Assembly (NCBI GenBank): GCA_002412085.1 | Contig: GG745550.1 | Coordinates: 1-62,012 of the forward strand | Source: Candidatus Parvarchaeum acidophilus ARMAN-5 | GTDB lineage: Archaea; Nanobdellota; Nanobdellia; Parvarchaeales; Parvarchaeaceae | DNA length: 62,012 nt | Direction of reading: 5' to 3' | Part shown: one piece after another, positions 54,162 to 61,961 of the stretch | How the letters are laid out: each line of letters begins with the position of its first letter | How positions within the stretch are numbered: the first letter of the stretch is position 1 | Translations under genes and position numbers: made by a program | Notes under the pieces: model-generated | Told to the model about the DNA's origin: nothing | What the model saw: the letters and a program-made list of their open reading frames with translations, nothing else | Databases searched by the model: none

Positions 54162-55316
54162 ATGGAAGAGCTTAAAGTTACTCCTTGGGAAGTGTCTGGA
54201 GAACTGAATGAAGCGTCTTACTCCAAACTTGTCAAAAAGTTCGGTGTAGAACTCATAACTAGCAAACTTTTAGAAAGGATAGAAAAAATAGCAAAAGGAA
54301 AACTACACCCTTTTCTTTCCAAAAAAATCTTTTTTGCACACAGAGATCTTAACCTAATATTAGACGATTATGAAAACGGTAAGAGTTTTTATCTGGATAC
54401 AGGAAGAGGTCCATCTGGAAAAATGCATATAGGACACTTGCTTCCGTTTACTTTTACTAAATGGCTTCAGGATACATTTGATGTGCATTTATTAATACAG
54501 ATAACAGATGATGAAAAATATCTTATAAAAAGTACTAGAACAAAGAAGGAGATAGAACATGTAGCCGAAGAAAATATCTTAGACATTTTATCATTGGGAT
54601 TCGATCCGAAGAAGACACATATAATCAAAGATTATGACAATGCCAAGGAGCTTTATTACTATGCAACCGATGTAGCTAAGCATACTACCATGTCTACTAT
54701 AAAGGCAGTGTTTGGGGTGACTGACAGTGACAATATAGGAAAGGTATTTTTTCCATCGATGCAGATAGTTCCTTCATTTCTATTGTCTGCGATCAGCGGA
54801 AAGAACCTTAGGTGTCTTATACCATATGCAATAGATCAGGATCCATACTTTAGGATATCAAGGGATGTACTGCCTAAACTCGGCTATTATAAGCCCTCTT
54901 CTATAATCTCCAAATTCCTTCCTGCTTTGCAGGGTAATTCTGGAAAGATGTCCTCCTCCGTGGAAGAGAGTGCCATATTCCTAGATGACAGCGAACAGAC
55001 TGTGAAGAAGAAGCTCATGAAATATGCTTTCTCTGGCGGGAGGGATACATTAGAAGAGCAGAGGAAATACGGTGCAAACCCAGATATAGACTTCTCATTT
55101 AACGTTTATAGTTTTATAGAGAATGACGAAAGAAAGGTACAGAGTGTATACGATGATTATAAATCCGGCAAGTTGCTGAGCGGTGAGATGAAGGCACTAG
55201 CCGCCGACTCTATAAACCTGTTTCTTAATCAGCTCAGACAGAATAGGGAGAAGGTGAAAAACCATCTATCGGAATACATGTTTAACCCAAATGACTTTGT
55301 AGGTCACAGAATGTAA
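54162..55316 (+). CDS. trpS: tryptophanyl-tRNA synthetase (archaeal/eukaryal type)
   Basis: GRGPSGKMHIGHLLPF (HIGH region), ITDDEKYL and KMSSS (KMSKS-like). Confidence 0.9.
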   Translation: MEELKVTPWEVSGELNEASYSKLVKKFGVELITSKLLERIEKIAKGKLHPFLSKKIFFAHRDLNLILDDYENGKSFYLDTGRGPSGKMHIGHLLPFTFTKWLQDTFDVHLLIQITDDEKYLIKSTRTKKEIEHVAEENILDILSLGFDPKKTHIIKDYDNAKELYYYATDVAKHTTMSTIKAVFGVTDSDNIGKVFFPSMQIVPSFLLSAISGKNLRCLIPYAIDQDPYFRISRDVLPKLGYYKPSSIISKFLPALQGNSGKMSSSVEESAIFLDDSEQTVKKKLMKYAFSGGRDTLEEQRKYGANPDIDFSFNVYSFIENDERKVQSVYDDYKSGKLLSGEMKALAADSINLFLNQLRQNREKVKNHLSEYMFNPNDFVGHRM

Positions 55317-56363
55317 CTAGTCTACAGGATTATTAAGTATAAATTCATCTTTTTTCTGCCTATTATCAAATCTTAAGTATTTCATTATTTTGTTGAAGGC
55401 CATAGCATACGGCTTTCTTAGGTCATCCTCACCGTTTTTAGCGTTTGAAGCCAAATACGATGCAAGGTGTCTTATCCTGTCCTGTGCGGGGGCACTTTTC
55501 ATATATTGTGTGTAGGGTTTTAACTGGTAAGAGAGACTCATCTCCGGGTAAATATTTTTTATTTTCTTGTCCGTTATCGATAAACTACCGTCATCAGCTA
55601 GACTTACTTCCGAGGAATCGTCGTTAGGTCTGTAAAGCCAGGGTTCTATTTCATAGGTAATTTTGTCGTAAATTATTTTCTCTATGATTGGGGCAGCAAG
55701 AGCTTCTGCTTCTTCCTTTGACATACCAGATTTCTGTCTTTTAAATTCTTTGATATAGTTATGCGTTACCCAATCTCCTGCTTCAAGAGGCTTTCTGTAG
55801 GACTTGAGTGCGGTTCTAAAGTCAATTATCGGTATATATGAGTCAAAAAGTTCCAGATTCATGGCAGTTAGTGACTTACCGGGTGAGTTGTCATAGGCTA
55901 TCTCCCAAAAGGCATGGTCCACTATATCTGTAAGTTTTGTCTTGCTCACGGCCTTTTCCGAAATTTTCTGTTCGTCATATAACTCCAAAAGTATTATATA
56001 AGGGTGTTCATATCCTGGTGCGAAGTTATGTCTTTTCTTCCTTATAAGTTCAGATCTCTCTGCTTGTGATAGGACTGCCTCTTCATATGCAAGTTGTCTG
56101 TCAGGACCTAGCTGCTTCTTTATACCTTCCCAGTTGTCAAGTGCATGCCAGAATACTCCATATTCCAGCTCATACAGTGTTGATACAGGATTTAGTTTTT
56201 TATAGAATGCTTTTATCCAGTAAGCTCTTGATTTTAAGCTGAAATCTTTAGTTACCTTTTCTGCTTCATTCTGAATTGATGGCCATGCAGTATTCACTAT
56301 ACTTTTTAGATCTGACTTTATGAGGCCAGCATGTTTATACGTTTCATTTTCTGATGATTCCAT
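55317..56363 (-). CDS. hypothetical protein (compositionally atypical, GC-richer)
   Basis: Clean 348-aa ORF abutting the trpS stop. Three hand-counted 60-nt samples give 47-52% G+C versus 25-35% in neighbouring genes. No family recognised. Confidence 0.5.
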   Translation of the reverse strand: MESSENETYKHAGLIKSDLKSIVNTAWPSIQNEAEKVTKDFSLKSRAYWIKAFYKKLNPVSTLYELEYGVFWHALDNWEGIKKQLGPDRQLAYEEAVLSQAERSELIRKKRHNFAPGYEHPYIILLELYDEQKISEKAVSKTKLTDIVDHAFWEIAYDNSPGKSLTAMNLELFDSYIPIIDFRTALKSYRKPLEAGDWVTHNYIKEFKRQKSGMSKEEAEALAAPIIEKIIYDKITYEIEPWLYRPNDDSSEVSLADDGSLSITDKKIKNIYPEMSLSYQLKPYTQYMKSAPAQDRIRHLASYLASNAKNGEDDLRKPYAMAFNKIMKYLRFDNRQKKDEFILNNPVD

Positions 56364-56439
56364 TTTATCTATTTATCAACTTTTTATTGCGATTATGACT
56401 TTACTCTCTTCTTTAGATATGAATACTTATATAAACTTT

Positions 56440-56600
56440 CCTTTGGGAACTTAAAATGTTATATTGGACGGTTATGAAAACGGCAATAGTTTCTATCTTC
56501 ATTAAATACGTTCTCTCCAACTGGAGATACACTCTGGAAGATTAGAGAAAGTACTATGCAAACCCTAATTACGCTTATAAAGTCGAGTACTGTCTAAATT
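56440..56600 (+). pseudogene. decayed trpS fragment (region around the HIGH motif)
   Basis: ttggacggttatgaaaacggcaatagtttctatctt matches trpS 54368-54405 at ~80% nt identity. It reads ILDGYENGNSFYLH*..., then with a frame change PTGEIHSGRLEK, versus trpS ILDDYENGKSFYLDTGRGPSGKMHIGHLLPF. Confidence 0.5.
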
Positions 56601-57115
56601 TAAATGTTGCTTAAAGTTATTTTTGTTTCTTCTATATCTACTACAATTCTCTTTACTACTGGTAATGTAATTTTCTTATGATTTGGGAAATAACGTTCTG
56701 GTTTAGATATTAAGTATACCTCGATAGGTAAGTCTTCTGCTTTAGAAAAGAACTCTCCAAAATGTAGCCAAATTATATAATCTGCGTCTGTATCTTTATC
56801 ACTAAAATATTGAAAGGCCTTTGCACCGGTAGCTTTAACTTCTATTTTGATTGTTTCTTCACCAAATGTAGCTAATATATCTGCTACATTTCCACCAAAG
56901 TTAAATGAATAATTGTTTAACTTATTTTTTAATATCTTGCCATTTTTTAGAAGGCGAATCGCTAGTGACTCGCTAAGTATTGGAGGTATCTGTGGATATT
57001 TTAACCTTTTAGCTAGCGGATCTGAAATAGATAAATCACTTATAAATTTATATGTTTGTCTTAATAAATTTGATAAATGAATGATTTCATCAGATGTTAG
57101 CAATTCTTTTGGCAT
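56600..57115 (-). CDS. hypothetical protein, PD-(D/E)xK nuclease-like
   Basis: VADILATFGEETIKIEVKATG fits a D-x(n)-E-x-K restriction-endonuclease-fold motif. No adjacent methyltransferase. Confidence 0.4.
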   Translation of the reverse strand: MPKELLTSDEIIHLSNLLRQTYKFISDLSISDPLAKRLKYPQIPPILSESLAIRLLKNGKILKNKLNNYSFNFGGNVADILATFGEETIKIEVKATGAKAFQYFSDKDTDADYIIWLHFGEFFSKAEDLPIEVYLISKPERYFPNHKKITLPVVKRIVVDIEETKITLSNI

Positions 57116-57333
57116 AGCTTATATGGGTTTTTCTAGTATATGTATATTTCATGCTTTTAAGTTGCTTTATACAGATAACTAAAAATATTTAGATTGTCTT
57201 CTCTGTAGAGAGATTTATTTTTGTCTATTTTAAAGGCCTTTGATTTATCTATATAAGATTAAATCGGTACTTCTTTGAAAGTATGGGTCCTATTTAATAA
57301 GTCTGATTGTTTATACAAAGTCAAAGATAGCTT

Positions 57334-57409
57334 TGCTAATTAAGTAATGAAAAAATAAGACTTTATTAGCAGCTTCCCGACTTTGTTAGCAAATTAGAGT
57401 TTATTAGCA
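57334..57409. promoter_or_regulatory. array of TTAGCA-core repeats (3 direct, 1 inverted) upstream of the RHH regulator gene
   Basis: gACTTTATTAGCA (57359-57371), gACTTTGTTAGCA (57379-57391) and gAGTTTATTAGCA (57397-57409), spaced 20 and 18 nt apart. Inverted TGCTAA lies at 57334-57339. Confidence 0.45.
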
Positions 57410-57432
57410 AAGTTGCCAAATATAGAAAGTTA

Positions 57433-57440
57433 TTTATATA
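57433..57440 (+). promoter_or_regulatory. TATA box candidate for the RHH/PAPS-reductase-like operon
   Basis: tttatata, 28-35 nt upstream of ATG 57468. Confidence 0.4.
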
Positions 57441-57467
57441 CATAATTATATATAATTATTAGTAATT

Positions 57468-57689
57468 ATGGAAGAACAAAAATTCACTACAGTTTCTATA
57501 CCTAAGCCTTTAGCTGATAAGGTAAAAAAGTTCACGGAAAAGACAGGGTTTACATCCCTTTCGAGTTTCGTTGAATATCTGTTGAGAGAGATAATCTCCG
57601 AAAGTGCTGAGGAAGGAAAGGGAAGAAAAGATAAAGATGAAAGAGTAACGGATCTTGAGGATAAACTCAGAAGATTAGGTTACATGTAG
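57468..57689 (+). CDS. ribbon-helix-helix (CopG/Arc/MetJ-like) DNA-binding protein
   Basis: FTTVSIPKPLADKVKKFTEKTGFTSLSSFVEYLLREII shows a beta-strand/helix/helix pattern. The acidic/basic tail ends KLRRLGYM. Confidence 0.7.
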   Translation: MEEQKFTTVSIPKPLADKVKKFTEKTGFTSLSSFVEYLLREIISESAEEGKGRKDKDERVTDLEDKLRRLGYM

Positions 57690-57698
57690 GAGGTACAA

Positions 57699-58529
57699 AT
57701 GGAAAGCGAGGAGTATTCAGTAAAAAAACAGAGAATAGAGAGCGGCCTGAGTCTAGAGGCAAAGGAGGATATAGCTCTCATTGTAATAAAAGACGCATTA
57801 AAAAGATACACACGCCCCACTGTAGTATGGAGTGCAGGAAAAGACAGTACAGTCGTCCTAGATCTTGTTAGAAGAGCGTGCAAGGACTTGGGTATGCAGA
57901 TGCCTCCGGCACTTTTCATAGACCACGGGCAACATTATGATGAGACAATGAAGATGCTTGAGGATGTCAGCAAAGAGTGGGGTTTCAAAGTAATATACGC
58001 AAAGAATGAAGATGTTTTGAATAACGTAGGCGAAAATAATATGATAAAAATAAACAGTTTAAACAAATTAAATCAAGATGAAGCCAGAAGAATAGGTTTT
58101 AATGGTGATGAGTTTGAATATAGCCTAGAAACGGAAATAGGTAATCACCTGTTAAAAACAGTAGCTATGAATATGTACATTGAAAAATACAGGTTTGATG
58201 CTCTTTTCACAGGTGTAAGATGGGACGAGAATGATGCAAGGTCTATGGAGGTATTCATAAGCCCTAGGAGCCATCCTGATCATGTAAGGGTACAACCTAT
58301 ACTGCCGTTTACAGAGAGGAACATATGGGAGTACATGTTCAAGCAAAAGCTCCCTGTGCACCCTCTTTATAAATTAGGTTATAGATCTATAGATGGAAAA
58401 CTGGATTCCAAGAAGACTAGTGATTTGCCAGCATGGGAACAAGATCTCGAGCATACAAGGGAAAGAGCCGGAAGGTCACAAGATAAGGAAGGAGTCATGG
58501 AAAAGTTGAGACTTTTCGGGTACATGTGA
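57699..58529 (+). CDS. PAPS reductase/CysD-family PP-loop ATP pyrophosphatase-like protein
   Basis: PP-loop VVWSAGKDSTVVLDL. CysD-like C-terminus RERAGRSQDKEGVMEKLRLFGYM. Confidence 0.75.
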   Translation: MESEEYSVKKQRIESGLSLEAKEDIALIVIKDALKRYTRPTVVWSAGKDSTVVLDLVRRACKDLGMQMPPALFIDHGQHYDETMKMLEDVSKEWGFKVIYAKNEDVLNNVGENNMIKINSLNKLNQDEARRIGFNGDEFEYSLETEIGNHLLKTVAMNMYIEKYRFDALFTGVRWDENDARSMEVFISPRSHPDHVRVQPILPFTERNIWEYMFKQKLPVHPLYKLGYRSIDGKLDSKKTSDLPAWEQDLEHTRERAGRSQDKEGVMEKLRLFGYM

Positions 58530-58569
58530 GAATGGAAAGCAAATCTCTCTATGATCTGCTGGTTGAAAC

Positions 58570-58926
58570 ATGCTGCCTGGTAGTGGGGAGATACTGGCCA
58601 TAAAGAAAGGATATATTGAAGTGTTAAGAGAAAATAAATTACAGTACGTCATGAATCCAGACATTTCTGGCTATAAAAAATTGTCAAGGTCAGTTTATTC
58701 GGTTGTAAAGGGCGCGTTCAAACTTTACAAAAAAGGGATAGTCGAATCCGTATATATAGTCGCAGGAATACAGGATAATGCGGAAAAGATAAAAGTAATC
58801 AAGAAAGAAATGGAAGATAGGTACCACTATATTGGTACGGATTCAGGGTTTTACGAAACTCCTTTTCTAGGAAAGATGCAGGATTTTTCAGTAAATTGTG
58901 TAAGCATTGTGACAAATCTTGTATAA
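58570..58926 (+). CDS. hypothetical protein
   Basis: 118-aa ORF downstream of the PP-loop gene. No family recognised. Confidence 0.45.
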   Translation: MLPGSGEILAIKKGYIEVLRENKLQYVMNPDISGYKKLSRSVYSVVKGAFKLYKKGIVESVYIVAGIQDNAEKIKVIKKEMEDRYHYIGTDSGFYETPFLGKMQDFSVNCVSIVTNLV

Positions 58927-58969
58927 TGCTAATGGTTCGTCACAGACTTACAGTTCTAATATAAAAATT

Positions 58970-59066
58970 TGGGTCTGAGGGGGATCGAACCCCCGGCCTC
59001 CGCTTTACTTAGTTTGTTAGAGCGTACCCATATAAGAGCGGCGCTCCACCATTAAGCTACAGACCC
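58970..59066 (-). tRNA. tRNA-Ile(UAU) candidate with 25-nt intron at position 37/38
   Basis: GGGTCTG-TA-GCTT-AATGGTG-GAGC-G-CCGCT-CTTATA[TGGGTACGCTCTAACAAACTAAGTA]A-AGCGG-AGGCC-GGGGG-TTCGATC-CCCCT-CAGACCC-A. Nucleotides 32-35 (CTTA) can pair with intron TAAG, leaving two 3-nt bulges at the predicted cut sites. The body resembles archaeal tRNA-Ile. Confidence 0.7.
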
Positions 59067-59213
59067 AATAATTTCTAATTATCTTTTTAATATTTATAAC
59101 TACTTAAACATTTTTATATGTAAAAAATATCTATTTGTATTAATTAACTTTCAATAAAAAGATTTAAATATATTAAAGTTTCATATTAATACTTTAGACG
59201 AGGAGGTAAAAAA

Positions 59214-59588
59214 ATGGAAAAAAAATTACTCGAGGAAATAATGGATTTAGTTGAGGGGACAAGAAAAGATGAACTTTATGACCAACTTAATAAGGTTAAG
59301 CAAGCTTACGATTCTAAGAATATGGGAACAGCATTAAAACAAGCTTATTGCCTTCTTACTAATGTATCCGATTATATATTAACAAGTGAAAATATGAAAA
59401 CACCTCAAGGTATGGCTAAGATAGTAAGATATACTGAGATATATAGAGAGGTAAAAGCCAATGTAGATTTAGAAACTAAAGAACTGCCAGCAAATGAAAA
59501 AGGGGAATATCTAGGGGGCTGTTGGCTGAATAAAGAGTATAATAAAAATCGGATTTATCCTGTAAACAAAAAAAAGATAAGTTTATAA
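59214..59588 (+). CDS. hypothetical protein
   Basis: 124-aa ORF preceded by gaggagg 8 nt upstream. No family recognised. Confidence 0.45.
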   Translation: MEKKLLEEIMDLVEGTRKDELYDQLNKVKQAYDSKNMGTALKQAYCLLTNVSDYILTSENMKTPQGMAKIVRYTEIYREVKANVDLETKELPANEKGEYLGGCWLNKEYNKNRIYPVNKKKISL

Positions 59589-59709
59589 AGCCAGCGTATC
59601 TTATATTCAAATAGAGGAAATGAATGTTAGGAGTTCTATCAGGAGAGTTTTTTGATAATTTAAATTCGCTCTTGTGGAAACTCTTTAGTTCATTCCTTTG
59701 AGGAGGAAT

Positions 59710-59847
59710 ATGGCAAAATTCGAAAGAAGAATGTATAAAGCTGTATGCTCTGATTGTGGAAAGGAAACGGAAGTTCCATTTCAGCCACAAGAAGGCAGAC
59801 CAGTTTACTGTAGAGAATGCTATAGCAAGAGAAAAGGAAGTCAGTGA
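59710..59847 (+). CDS. 45-aa zinc-ribbon protein (CxxC...VPF.P...RPVYCxxC type)
   Basis: MAKFERRMYKAVCSDCGKETEVPFQPQEGRPVYCRECYSKRKGSQ*. GGAGG lies 4-8 nt upstream. Below the ORF-track cutoff; it displaces the antisense ORF 59476-59874. Confidence 0.55.
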   Translation: MAKFERRMYKAVCSDCGKETEVPFQPQEGRPVYCRECYSKRKGSQ

Positions 59848-59898
59848 GTTCCTAATTTTAGCTAAATAGCTCAAAAATATTTTTTATTTTTTTTATTT

Positions 59899-61329
59899 TT
59901 AATCTTCAAATGTTCTTAATTGTGGGAAAGGTATAACTTCTTTTATGCTTTTAGAATTTGTACCAAGCATCTGTATACGATCAATTCCTATACCAACACC
60001 ACCAGTAGGTGGCATGCCATATCCCAAGGCTTCTATAACATCTTTATCGAATTCTTGCGTTTCATCTATTCCCTTATTTTTTCTCCTTGCTTCTTCTTCA
60101 AATCTTTTTATCTGTTCTATAGGATTATTAAGTTCTGAAAATGCATTTGCTATTTCCATGCCGGCTATATATAACTCAAACCTGTAAACAAATCTTGGAT
60201 CATCTTCCATGTTCTTTGCTAAAGGAGAAACTTCTATAGGAAATTTTGTAACAAATACAGGATTTATTATATTATCGGATATCTCCGCCTCAAATATTGC
60301 ATTTATTGCTTCTCCATACGATTCAACTTTAGAGTCCAATACCTTTCCGCGTTTTATTATCTCCTGGTCATTGTTTACACCAGTTTTCTCTTTTACCATC
60401 TCCTCCATTGTTTTTATCTCAAATTTCGAAAAATCTATGTTTTTTTCACCAAATTTTATGGAATAAGTTCCGTTTGCAGCGTATATGGCTTCTTTTATAA
60501 TTTCTTCCGTAAGCTCAAGCATGCTACTTAGATCTCCATATGCTTGGTAAGCCTCAAGCATCATAAACTCTGGATTATGTCTGGTGTCTATACCCTCATT
60601 TCTGAAATTTTTACTTATATCGAAGACTTTTTCGAACCCCCCCACTAATAATCTTTTTAGATATAGCTCAGAGGCTATTTTAAGATAGAAATCCCTATCC
60701 AATGAGTTATAATGTGTTATAAAAGGTTTAGCATTAGCTCCACCTGGTATTGGCTGAAGTATTGGTACCACTACTTCGGTATATCCTTTCTTGCCTAATA
60801 TTTCTCTTATTTTTGATACCATTATACTACCTTTTTTTATCTTTTCCATGGATTCTCTGTTTATTATTAAGTCTAGGTATCTTTTTCTGAATCTTTTTTC
60901 CGTATCCTCTAACCCATACCATCTCGGAGGGAGAGGCAAAAGCGATTTACTTAGTATTACAACTTCTTTTGCGTCTATTGATATTTCATCGGTCTTAGTT
61001 TTTACAACTGAACCGTATACTCCTATTATATCTCCCACATCAAGTAGTTCCGCAATCTTGATCGATTCTTTATTTACATGCTTATTTGAGAAATATATCT
61101 GTATTGTACCCGTTTCATCTTGAATATCAATGAATTTTATTGTACCATGATCTCTCTTCGCTATTATCCTTCCTGCTATCTTTTCATCCTTTCCTTCTAA
61201 CTTATCAAAATCGCTTTTTATTTTTAGTGTTTCAGCAGTTTTGTCAAATCTGCTTCCATATGGATCGATTCCCTCGGCAAGCAAGTGCTTTAATTTATCG
61301 ATTCTTTCTTTATCAAATTCAAATTCCAT
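59899..61329 (-). CDS. lysS: lysyl-tRNA synthetase, class II
   Basis: N-terminal OB-fold anticodon-binding domain, then class II motifs (FRNEGID.RHNPEF, ...GMPPTGGVGIGIDR). Start taken at MEFEFDKERI (61329). Confidence 0.9.
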   Translation of the reverse strand: MEFEFDKERIDKLKHLLAEGIDPYGSRFDKTAETLKIKSDFDKLEGKDEKIAGRIIAKRDHGTIKFIDIQDETGTIQIYFSNKHVNKESIKIAELLDVGDIIGVYGSVVKTKTDEISIDAKEVVILSKSLLPLPPRWYGLEDTEKRFRKRYLDLIINRESMEKIKKGSIMVSKIREILGKKGYTEVVVPILQPIPGGANAKPFITHYNSLDRDFYLKIASELYLKRLLVGGFEKVFDISKNFRNEGIDTRHNPEFMMLEAYQAYGDLSSMLELTEEIIKEAIYAANGTYSIKFGEKNIDFSKFEIKTMEEMVKEKTGVNNDQEIIKRGKVLDSKVESYGEAINAIFEAEISDNIINPVFVTKFPIEVSPLAKNMEDDPRFVYRFELYIAGMEIANAFSELNNPIEQIKRFEEEARRKNKGIDETQEFDKDVIEALGYGMPPTGGVGIGIDRIQMLGTNSKSIKEVIPFPQLRTFED

Positions 61330-61954
61330 GGTATTGTATGAAAAGTGTAACAAGAAGAGCCAATCCAACAGTCATTGAATAGCTGAAGACCAACCTCCTC
61401 CTCTCTTTGTTCTTTGAAATTAATCCTATAAATCCTTTTTCTATTACTGCTGCAAATATAGATATCCCTAAAAGCATAGCTGTGTAACTCGCACTTATCT
61501 GGTGATTTAGATATAAGCTTCCTAATGCAAAAGCAGCACCAACTATATTTGCGAGTGCGGCTAAGAACATATCTACTACTAATAAGTTAGGTGCCACTGC
61601 ACCGACTATTCTAGATACAGAAAGGACTATGAAAAAAACTATGGCGAACTCGAGTGTTTTTACTAAGGGAAACGGAGTATTCGGGCGTTCTGATTTTATA
61701 CTCATATATTTCCTCCCTTTAATATAAACTATCAACAAACTTATTATGGAAACTAATACAATAGGCGTCATGTAATATACTATCTTTAATGAAAAAGTTA
61801 ATATGTATATTACCAATAATGCCTGAATAAGCACCATTGGTATGCTAGCAGTTACTACTATGTTATAAGCTACGGCTTTCCCAACCTTTTTAAACCTGTT
61901 GCCTAAACTTATTAAAACGAATGTTATTGTAGTACCAGTTATAAGTGCACCCAT
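61319..61954 (-). CDS. integral membrane protein (5-6 predicted TM helices), function unknown
   Basis: Hydrophobic 211-aa ORF. An in-frame TGA immediately precedes the ATG at 61954. Confidence 0.5.
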   Translation of the reverse strand: MGALITGTTITFVLISLGNRFKKVGKAVAYNIVVTASIPMVLIQALLVIYILTFSLKIVYYMTPIVLVSIISLLIVYIKGRKYMSIKSERPNTPFPLVKTLEFAIVFFIVLSVSRIVGAVAPNLLVVDMFLAALANIVGAAFALGSLYLNHQISASYTAMLLGISIFAAVIEKGFIGLISKNKERRRLVFSYSMTVGLALLVTLFIQYHGI

Positions 61955-61961
61955 TCAATCA

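Noticed and set aside
58533-58604. 23-aa ORF (MESKSLYDLLVETCCLVVGRYWP*) as a frameshifted N-terminus of the 118-aa protein.
   Set aside because: Joining it would need a +1 shift and gives no recognisable gain. ATG 58570 is an adequate start, so it is left as unresolved noise.
59476-59874. 132-aa minus-strand ORF spanning the 59589-59709 spacer.
   Set aside because: It overlaps the 3' end of the 124-aa gene. It also overlaps the whole 45-aa zinc-ribbon ORF, which has a GGAGG and a coherent Cys4 pattern. The antisense product looks random.
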